DNA of 64,000 nt, taken from positions 33,600-97,599 of the forward strand of contig CAZSZC010000002.1 of NCBI GenBank assembly GCA_964610775.1. The letters run 5' to 3'. Positions 57,232 to 64,000 of the stretch are shown in pieces. A program made the position numbers and the translations under genes. The DNA comes from an uncultured Candidatus Saccharibacteria bacterium (GTDB lineage: Bacteria > Patescibacteriota > Saccharimonadia > Saccharimonadales > JACQNP01). Under the pieces are notes generated by a model. It was given only the letters and a program-made list of their open reading frames with translations. It was not told where the DNA came from and did not search any database. Numbering within the stretch: the first letter of the stretch is position 1; the number at the start of each line of letters is the position of its first letter.

Positions 57232-59318
57232 AAGAACTACTAGTTGGCAATTTGAGTTGGCAAGCATTACCCCATGAATGGTTTACCATCGGTGGTACAC
57301 TAACATTTTTGCTACTCGCACTAATCGTGATTATAGTCATAACACGTACTAAGCGGTGGACTTGGCTTTGGAAAGAATGGCTGACTACAGTTGATCCGAA
57401 GAAAATCGGTATCATGTATTTCATTGCAGGCGGGGCTATGCTCCTTCGTGGCGGACTAGATGCGCTAATGATATGGCTACAACAAGCTCTCTCATCTGGC
57501 AGTTCACACGGATATCTTTCGTCAGACCACTTTCAACAAATTTTTACAGCCCATGGCAACATAATGGTATTTTTTGTGGCTATGGCCTTTATTTTTGGTC
57601 TCATAAACTACATTGTACCTCTACAGATTGGTGCGCGTGATTTAGCATCACCTCTCATGAACACACTTGGGTTTTGGTTGTTTATTGGCGGAATAATAAT
57701 GGTGAACATGTTCTTCCTATTTGGTGGCCAGTATGCGGCAACTGGTTGGCTGGCGGTTGCCCCGCTTTCCGGGAAAGAATTTAGCCCCGGTGTAGGCGTT
57801 GATTATTGGGTATGGAGCTTGATGATATCGGGTATAGGTACAACCCTTGGTGCAATTAATTTCATTATGACAATCCTGAAGATGAGAGCGCCAGGTATGA
57901 AGTTGTTTATGATGCCCCTTTTTACCTGGGGTTCACTTTGTAGCATGGTTATGGCGGTCACAGTGTTCCCATTGCTGACGGCAACACTTTTTTTGGTGTA
58001 CTTTGATCGCGCTCTTGGAACACACTTCTTTACAACCATGGGAGGTGGCGACCCTATGATGTATACCAATCTGATCTGGATGTGGGGACACCCGGAAGTA
58101 TACGTTTTGATTCTGCCAGCTTTCGGCCTATTTTCAGAAGTAGTTTCAACATTTAGCCGAAAAGCTATCGCCAGTTATAAGTCGGCTGTATGGGGTATGA
58201 TTGGCGTTTCGTCACTAGCATTGTCTGTATGGCTACATCATTTCTTTACTATGGGGGCTGGAGCTGATGTAAATTCGTTCTTCGGTCTCATGACCATGTT
58301 GATTGCAATACCGACTTCGGCACTCGTTTTCAACTGGATAGCAACTATGTACAAAGGCAATATACGATTCGACACACCAATGTTGTGGTTTCTCGGATTT
58401 GTTAGCATATTTGCCATTGGCGGCATAACTGGTGTAATGCTGGCTGTGCCGCCAGCAGATTTTCAGTTGCATAATAGCCTATTCTTGGTGGCTCATTTTC
58501 ATTCAACCGTAATTGGCGGGGTACTCTTTGGAGTTTTCTGCGCCTTGTCTTATTGGTTCCCAAAGTTCACAGGCTTTAGACTCAATGAGAGAATTGGTAG
58601 ATATGCATTTTGGTGCTGGTTGATTGGATTCTGTTTGTCATTTATACCCATGTACATATTAGGATTTATGGGTGCTAGCAGAAGGCTCGACCATTACGAA
58701 GCTTCTACTGGCTGGCAGCCATTTTTTATACTAATGCTGATTGGGGGCATAGTTATCGCCATAGGTGTAGCTTTGCAGCTTGCTCAAATTCTAGCTAGTT
58801 TTATAGAAAAGAAGCGGCTTCGCACTACTGCTGACCCTTGGGACGGGCGATCGCTGGAATGGTCAGTTGACTCACCTCCGCCATTTTATAACTTTACGAC
58901 TATACCTCACGTATCGACACGAGATGCATATTGGCAAAACAAGCGACATATTAAGCCGACAAAAGCCAAATACGAGGATATACATATGCCAAAAAATACT
59001 GCAGTCGGTATATATATCTCGATTTTTGGGACGCTTGCATCTTTTGCTTTCGTTTGGGACATAGTCTGGCTTGCAGTGGTATCAATAATTGGTATTATAG
59101 TGACCTTTATTATTCGAGGATTCAATGAGAATTCCGAGTACACACTTGCCGCCGCAGAAGTACAACATATTGAGGAATCCAGATTAAAGGCTGTATCATC
59201 AGCTGGGCCCATCAAAACATACAACAAGGATGAAGACATGGGCTTATTAGATCTTGTTAAATTTATATATGGATTCACTCTAGATTTTATACGTAATAAA
59301 CGGTGGTCATCACAATGA
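57228..59318 (+). CDS. cyoB: Cytochrome bo3-type quinol oxidase subunit I
   Basis: FTAHG, GARD, WGHPEVY, WLHH and AHFH ligands; quinol-site LRGGLD and DHFQQ. Confidence 0.96.
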   Translation: MKELLVGNLSWQALPHEWFTIGGTLTFLLLALIVIIVITRTKRWTWLWKEWLTTVDPKKIGIMYFIAGGAMLLRGGLDALMIWLQQALSSGSSHGYLSSDHFQQIFTAHGNIMVFFVAMAFIFGLINYIVPLQIGARDLASPLMNTLGFWLFIGGIIMVNMFFLFGGQYAATGWLAVAPLSGKEFSPGVGVDYWVWSLMISGIGTTLGAINFIMTILKMRAPGMKLFMMPLFTWGSLCSMVMAVTVFPLLTATLFLVYFDRALGTHFFTTMGGGDPMMYTNLIWMWGHPEVYVLILPAFGLFSEVVSTFSRKAIASYKSAVWGMIGVSSLALSVWLHHFFTMGAGADVNSFFGLMTMLIAIPTSALVFNWIATMYKGNIRFDTPMLWFLGFVSIFAIGGITGVMLAVPPADFQLHNSLFLVAHFHSTVIGGVLFGVFCALSYWFPKFTGFRLNERIGRYAFWCWLIGFCLSFIPMYILGFMGASRRLDHYEASTGWQPFFILMLIGGIVIAIGVALQLAQILASFIEKKRLRTTADPWDGRSLEWSVDSPPPFYNFTTIPHVSTRDAYWQNKRHIKPTKAKYEDIHMPKNTAVGIYISIFGTLASFAFVWDIVWLAVVSIIGIIVTFIIRGFNENSEYTLAAAEVQHIEESRLKAVSSAGPIKTYNKDEDMGLLDLVKFIYGFTLDFIRNKRWSSQ

Positions 59319-59899
59319 CTCATAAAATCGATCACGAGTCAGAAGCTAACGACAGAGCACTTTTCGGGTTTTGGATCTACTTAATGACCGACCTTTTAAT
59401 GTTTGCAGTTCTTTTTGCTGTTTATTCAGTCCTGCACAATAACACAAGCGGAGGAGAAACAGGACGTCAACTTTTCAGTCTACCATTGGCACTTACTGAA
59501 ACTATAATTTTGCTTACCAGTAGCTTCACTTGTGGGATTGGTATGATCGCAGCCCGTCGCGGCAATAAGAGCCAAGTACTACTTTGGTTTGGTATTACCT
59601 TCGCTTTAGGATTAGCATTTTTGAGCCTAGAGCTAAAGGAATTCTCCACACTAATACAAGAAGGTCATACCCTGCGAAGTAATGCATTTATGTCTTCGTT
59701 CTTTGTGCTTCTAGGTACTCACGGTCTTCACATTGCCTCTGGTTTGCTATGGATGGGTACTACCATGGCATTTATCATAAAGCGAGGACTCAATTCACAC
59801 ATGGTGCGCAAGCTTACAATGCTAAGTCTATTCTGGCATTTTCTGGACATAGTTTGGATCTTTATATTTACCATTGTGTATCTGGGGGCATTTGTATGA
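59315..59899 (+). CDS. cyoC: Cytochrome bo3-type quinol oxidase subunit III
   Basis: FGFWIYLMTD, LLTSSFTCG, GTHGLH, FWHFLDIVWIFIFTIVYL; ATGA overlap with cyoB. Confidence 0.95.
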   Translation: MTHKIDHESEANDRALFGFWIYLMTDLLMFAVLFAVYSVLHNNTSGGETGRQLFSLPLALTETIILLTSSFTCGIGMIAARRGNKSQVLLWFGITFALGLAFLSLELKEFSTLIQEGHTLRSNAFMSSFFVLLGTHGLHIASGLLWMGTTMAFIIKRGLNSHMVRKLTMLSLFWHFLDIVWIFIFTIVYLGAFV

Positions 59900-60582
59900 G
59901 CAAGACCCATCATCATTCAACCACTGAGCACGGAACCATAGTTTCTTACGTAATTGGATTCATTCTATCTTTACTATTCACGTTCATACCTTATTACCTT
60001 GTCGTTAATCAAATCATTACAGGTACCTCACTGCTAATAACTATTGTTGTTTTCGCTTTAATACAAATGGTTATACAAATAACCTTCTTTCTTCACATTG
60101 GCAGAGGGCCGAAGCCGAATTGGAACTTGTTCTTTTTCTTATCAACATTTGTAATCATATTGGCTGTAGTGGGTGGATCAATTTTCATCATGAATAACCT
60201 TCACTACAATATGTCACCAAAAGACAAAATAAAGAAAATAGTCAATGACGAGGGCATATCACAAATTGGGGGCGAACCCACAGGAGCCTGTCAAGAACTC
60301 TTCGATAATCATAGGATAATTATTAAGAACGGCCAGGCCTACCCCTACAGTGTCACGGCAAAAAGATGCGACACACTTACATTTATAAACGAGGACGAAA
60401 CGACACGCGAGATTGCGTTCGGTGAGCACCCATACCATGAATCTTATGCTGGCAGCAGCGAAATTATAATTGTGCGAAAAGGACGAGGCAAAACGATAAC
60501 CCTATCCGAAAACGGAACTCATAAGTTCCACGACCACCTTCACGAAGAGACGGCTGGCGAATTCACCGTAACAAGCGAATAA
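59896..60582 (+). CDS. cyoD: Quinol oxidase subunit IV fused to a C-terminal cupredoxin-like domain
   Basis: SYVIGFILSLLFT, Q.V.Q..FFLH, GSIFIM.NL.YNM (CyoD, about 105 aa), followed by about 120 extra aa: IIIKNG..YP..VT.K.CDTLTFINED...HPYH...GTHKFHDHLH...GEFTV. ATGA overlap with cyoC. Confidence 0.88.
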   Translation: MSKTHHHSTTEHGTIVSYVIGFILSLLFTFIPYYLVVNQIITGTSLLITIVVFALIQMVIQITFFLHIGRGPKPNWNLFFFLSTFVIILAVVGGSIFIMNNLHYNMSPKDKIKKIVNDEGISQIGGEPTGACQELFDNHRIIIKNGQAYPYSVTAKRCDTLTFINEDETTREIAFGEHPYHESYAGSSEIIIVRKGRGKTITLSENGTHKFHDHLHEETAGEFTVTSE

Positions 60583-60585
60583 GAC

Positions 60586-61128
60586 TTACTGTATTTGCTC
60601 GGCGATTTGCATGAGTTTGCGCAGTGTATTTATGTTGCGAATTGTCATCTGTGAATATAGTTCCGTATTAATCAATCTTGGAACTTTGCTTTTTGACAAA
60701 TTATTACGATCGATATTCCATACTAGGGCACCATCACAATACTTAAGTGTTTCAATGTTTGGATTTACACCAATTTTGTTAAGTATGTTTGAATTATTAA
60801 TATTGTCCTTGAGGAACATTACATCAGTTTTAGTTGCACCATTATTTTCCCAACTAATAGGTATTGAATCATTAATGTAACGAAGTTTATTTAAGCCCAT
60901 AACAACAACTGGGATAGTGAAGCCAAATTCATCATCAATAGCACCTTCAATTTGCATTCTTAACTGCGATGTTGAGCTATCATATGCAGCAAAGACTACA
61001 TTACCGGAATTTATGTAAGTTACTACCTTGTCAAAACCCAAATTCTCAAATAATTTTTTAAGCCTTAGCATTTCAACTCGACTATTGCCTCCAACATTTA
61101 CACCTCTTAGAAATGCGACATAAACCAT
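60586..61128 (-). CDS. DUF1697 family protein
   Basis: YVAFLRGVNVGG, V.TYINSGNVVF, TIRNINT. Confidence 0.9.
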   Translation of the reverse strand: MVYVAFLRGVNVGGNSRVEMLRLKKLFENLGFDKVVTYINSGNVVFAAYDSSTSQLRMQIEGAIDDEFGFTIPVVVMGLNKLRYINDSIPISWENNGATKTDVMFLKDNINNSNILNKIGVNPNIETLKYCDGALVWNIDRNNLSKSKVPRLINTELYSQMTIRNINTLRKLMQIAEQIQ

Positions 61129-61137
61129 ACTTATATA

Positions 61138-61797
61138 TTAGTTCTTTTTGTTTGCTTTGTTTTTACCAGAAAAAAGTGACATACGCAGTATCCGCACAGC
61201 CACGGCTATAATCAAAACTATAAAAGTAACTAGTAGTATCAATCTCCAAAATGATTCTTTGAAATCCGTACCGCTGTTAAGAACATGAAATACAACCAAA
61301 ACCATGACTGCATAGCTAATAACATGCGTCCATTTCCACAATCTTTTATGTTTCGATATCCAACCTACCGTATCAAGTGAGCTAAATATGACAACATAGG
61401 CTCCATATGCCGCCAATATACCGGCTGGAATAGCTAAAAGTCCTAGATGCAAGCCAAATAATGATGTGCCGTTCGAGTAGTTCTTTAAAAATGGTACGAA
61501 TATTTGAGCCAAAGAAAAATTAACATAATGATCAGCTAATAATCCTAGCATATGGATAGCGATACTAACAGCCAAAGTTATAGCCATAGCCTTGTGTACT
61601 GACCAAGCTTTAACGGGAGAAAAAAGGCGATAAGTCCAGCCTGTAACATGACCAATACCAGATATCATAAGAAGTACTAATAGGGTTAACGAAACGAGTC
61701 CTGAAGCTCTAATAACATACCAAGCCCAAGAATCGCGAAGTGTTGACGTAACTACTTCTGATGACGATACTGCAAAATATACATAACTAGGATGCAT
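61138..61797 (-). CDS. Ferric-reductase-like/MsrQ-like di-heme b membrane protein
   Basis: WYVIRASGLVS; four TM His residues (SVHK, AIHM, WTHV, VFHV); W+..H..SY motif. Confidence 0.82.
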   Translation of the reverse strand: MHPSYVYFAVSSSEVVTSTLRDSWAWYVIRASGLVSLTLLVLLMISGIGHVTGWTYRLFSPVKAWSVHKAMAITLAVSIAIHMLGLLADHYVNFSLAQIFVPFLKNYSNGTSLFGLHLGLLAIPAGILAAYGAYVVIFSSLDTVGWISKHKRLWKWTHVISYAVMVLVVFHVLNSGTDFKESFWRLILLVTFIVLIIAVAVRILRMSLFSGKNKANKKN

Positions 61798-62710
61798 GTA
61801 TCATGCCCTCCTTCTGATCTATCATATATGAACCGTCTGTATATTGCAGCGCCTTACCGAGTATGGGTTCACTACTTTTACTTTTAGCAAAATCAATGGA
61901 TGAGTTAATCAAAATTGATTTAGCATATACATCGGCCGCTATAGCACTGGAACATACAACAGTAACTGATAAAATGTTGGTGTTAGCAGACCCACCAGTT
62001 CGTGGATCGATTATATGATGCCAATTTTTACCTCGTCGTTTAGTTACGCCAGAGGTTGCAATGGCTATTTTACCAAACTTCTCATTCGTGACTACGGCTA
62101 ATGTCATTTTATTGTCCGAGGCTTTTGCAATCTCAATCTCCCAAGCCTTACCATCAACATCTTTACCGTTGCATATTACGTCGCCGCCAAGAGAAAGCCA
62201 GTAGTTATGAATCTGCTTTTTGTCCAAAATATGCGATAGAGAATTTAGTAAGTAACCCTTGCCAATGCCGCCAAAATCGAGAGCCGTATCATAAGGTATC
62301 ATCGCTAAATCGTTTTTTAGATTAATCATCTCTGCATTTGCTATTTTGCGACCCCTAAGGTCTAGCTTACTATCATATATATCAGGTGCCGGCCACGAAC
62401 CAACATAGCCCGCTTGTTGGAGTGATGGCAAAATAAATGGATTGAAGATACCCCCTGTTAGTTTCGAGTAATACTTAGTCTCTTGTAATAATTTAGTGAA
62501 TTCGGGCGATACCTTCACATTGTGTCCAGATTGTGCATTAAAAAGTGACAATTCACTATCAGGCCTAAACCTACTAAATCGCTGTTCAAAATCATCAACA
62601 TATTGCCATATCTCCAAGAATAGAGAATCAATTTTTACTATCGGATGAACTACTAGAGTAATAACAGCTTCGGAACCGAGCTTGTATTCAATCTGTTGAT
62701 AGCGTTTCAT
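61787..62710 (-). CDS. apbE: FAD:protein FMN transferase (ApbE family), no signal peptide
   Basis: FSRFRPDSELS..N, T.G.FNP, LDFGGIGKGY, LGGD, ATSG, HHIIDPRTG, ADVYAK. Confidence 0.92.
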   Translation of the reverse strand: MKRYQQIEYKLGSEAVITLVVHPIVKIDSLFLEIWQYVDDFEQRFSRFRPDSELSLFNAQSGHNVKVSPEFTKLLQETKYYSKLTGGIFNPFILPSLQQAGYVGSWPAPDIYDSKLDLRGRKIANAEMINLKNDLAMIPYDTALDFGGIGKGYLLNSLSHILDKKQIHNYWLSLGGDVICNGKDVDGKAWEIEIAKASDNKMTLAVVTNEKFGKIAIATSGVTKRRGKNWHHIIDPRTGGSANTNILSVTVVCSSAIAADVYAKSILINSSIDFAKSKSSEPILGKALQYTDGSYMIDQKEGMIHAS

Positions 62711-62711
62711 G

Positions 62712-63791
62712 TTATGAAACCTGTGATCGCGGACTTTGATAACTATTCATCATTGTTGGGCTGCTAGTAGAATTTGCAGAACTTGGGGTTGACGACGAGC
62801 TTGGTGCAGGAGTAATAGGCTGAGCTGGAGCAAGATTATTGTCTGTTGTTGTATTACTAAGAGGTAGGTCATCGTCCTCTTCTGTGCTTTCAGGAATTGT
62901 GGGTGAGATCTTTTTGGTAGTTTGCTGAACTTGTGTACTTGGCTCTAGTGACTGTGCCAGATTTAACTTGTGTTCAATATCTTTAAAGCCTACGCCACTA
63001 ACAAGTACCAAGAAAGCAACAAAACTCAGTGTATAGGCAACCTGAGAAGGAGTAAGTCCAAATACTTTTGAAGATTTTTTCGTACTTGATGAAAAACTCT
63101 CCGTCCATATATTATCTTCGTGCACGCCCATACCGCTCAGGACTTTTGTCATAGAATTCATCATTCCTTCGGGCCCACAAATGTAATAATCGAACTCGTT
63201 GACCCGTTCGCCAACCAGCGAGCTCAAATGACTGTCGTCAATCGGGCCCTTAATATAACCCCTGTTTTCCCCTGGTAGTTTTGATAAGAAAAAATAAGCT
63301 TTTATCTTAGGATTATCGTTTACTATCTGCCTTATGTCTTCCTCATAAGGTATGTCACTCATGTCACGACAAGCATAAAGCAATGTTACCGACCGGTCAG
63401 AGTGGTCTATCTCTGTGGTACGCAACATACTAATGAACGGTGTTATACCTATACCGCCAGCCATCAAGACAACACTTTTATCATCTTCGTGTAGCACAAA
63501 GTCTCCATAGGGTCCCTGTACCTTAATATCATCACCGGTTTGTGAACTTGCTAAATCTCGAGTAAAATCCCCAGTTACTCTAAAAGCAAATTCTAGTACT
63601 CCGGCTTGGTTTGATATGCTCGTAAACGACAAACATCGAACAGGAGACCAGTGATTATTTCTTTTAATCGATAAAGTAGCGTACTGACCGGCCCAAAATA
63701 CCATCTGATCACGAGACGTCTCCGGCTTCAAAGTTAATACTACGTAACTACCTCTTTTATCTACGTTATAAACTTTATATTTATTCATCAT
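62712..63791 (-). CDS. Membrane-anchored FNR-family NAD(P)H oxidoreductase with C-terminal Ser/Thr/Pro-rich tether
   Basis: AGQYA, VRCLSFTS, GPYGDF, AGGIGITPF, YYICGP, ESF; then a TM segment (VAYTLSFVAFLVLVSGVGF) and a low-complexity tail ending PRSQVS. Confidence 0.88.
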   Translation of the reverse strand: MMNKYKVYNVDKRGSYVVLTLKPETSRDQMVFWAGQYATLSIKRNNHWSPVRCLSFTSISNQAGVLEFAFRVTGDFTRDLASSQTGDDIKVQGPYGDFVLHEDDKSVVLMAGGIGITPFISMLRTTEIDHSDRSVTLLYACRDMSDIPYEEDIRQIVNDNPKIKAYFFLSKLPGENRGYIKGPIDDSHLSSLVGERVNEFDYYICGPEGMMNSMTKVLSGMGVHEDNIWTESFSSSTKKSSKVFGLTPSQVAYTLSFVAFLVLVSGVGFKDIEHKLNLAQSLEPSTQVQQTTKKISPTIPESTEEDDDLPLSNTTTDNNLAPAQPITPAPSSSSTPSSANSTSSPTMMNSYQSPRSQVS

Positions 63792-63834
63792 TTTATACTT
63801 TATCCAGATTTACTTAGTTAAAGCTGAGAAGTAA

Positions 63835-64000
63835 TTAAATTCTTTGGTCGTAAGCCTTTATGACTGAATCAATATTAATCCCGTTAGTTACATTCCTATA
63901 GCCAGCTTGATCTAGTTGATACTTAACCTTCCCCGCCCTGGCTCCGGTCCGACAATAAAGAACTATTTCTGCATCTTTAGGAATCGAACCAAAACTTTCT
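63835..64000 (-). CDS. Rhodanese-domain protein (PspE-like); 5' part outside window
   Basis: Manual translation gives ...IPKDAEIVLYCRTGARAGKVKYQLDQAGYRNVTNGIN...*, with the active-site loop CRTGAR. Not in the supplied ORF track. Confidence 0.85.
   Translation of the reverse strand, partial: ESFGSIPKDAEIVLYCRTGARAGKVKYQLDQAGYRNVTNGINIDSVIKAYDQRI

Noticed and set aside
57440-57560. Idea that the oxidase is fully quinone-independent
   Set aside because: The quinol-binding residues equivalent to R71, D75, H98 and Q101 are all retained in CyoB, so quinol use remains the default.
56326-59899. Alternative genetic code (TGA read as Gly, as in Gracilibacteria)
   Set aside because: TGA terminates cyoA, cyoB and cyoC at the expected positions, and long genes are uninterrupted under code 11.
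62740-62960. Low-complexity Ser/Thr/Pro stretch as a DNA repeat element
   Set aside because: It is protein-level linker composition with no exact tandem nucleotide repeats.
1-64000. rRNA, tRNA, CRISPR array, transposase, integrase or prophage
   Set aside because: Intergenic gaps are short. I saw no cloverleaf, repeat-spacer periodicity or mobile-element motif; a small structured RNA could still be missed by eye.

Overview
A gene-dense, roughly 40% GC bacterial chromosome segment read in genetic code 11. Gene content and style point to Patescibacteria/CPR, most likely Saccharibacteria (TM7); this is inferred from the split-transketolase gap-rpiB-rpe-tkt-fba-pfkB operon, the minimal PilB, the extended L19, the cyo locus and actinobacterial-type accessory genes. 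Housekeeping genes include pepN (partial), rnhB, rplS, malic enzyme, dnaE, galU, gatCAB, uvrB, ppa, trxB, pheST, yajQ and rmuC. Several divergent orphan enzymes are inserted among them. I found no rRNA, tRNA, CRISPR array or transposase. The most interesting region is 55.3-64 kb. It holds a bo3-type heme-copper quinol oxidase locus in which both K-proton-channel signature residues are replaced (CyoB Lys362 to Leu, CyoA Glu89 to Val, E. coli numbering) and CyoD is fused to a His-rich cupredoxin-like domain. A convergent operon next to it encodes a membrane-anchored FNR-type NAD(P)H oxidoreductase with a long Ser/Thr/Pro tether, an ApbE flavin transferase and a di-heme MsrQ/ferric-reductase-like protein. 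Together these are a candidate non-canonical respiratory or O2/peroxide-scavenging chain. Other highlights are a decayed WhiB pseudogene, a tail-to-tail pair of 2H-phosphoesterase-like paralogs, an orphan kinase-fold protein, a hydrophilic PgsA-like protein and widespread leaderless-type promoters. All family calls come from motif recognition by eye; no searches were run.
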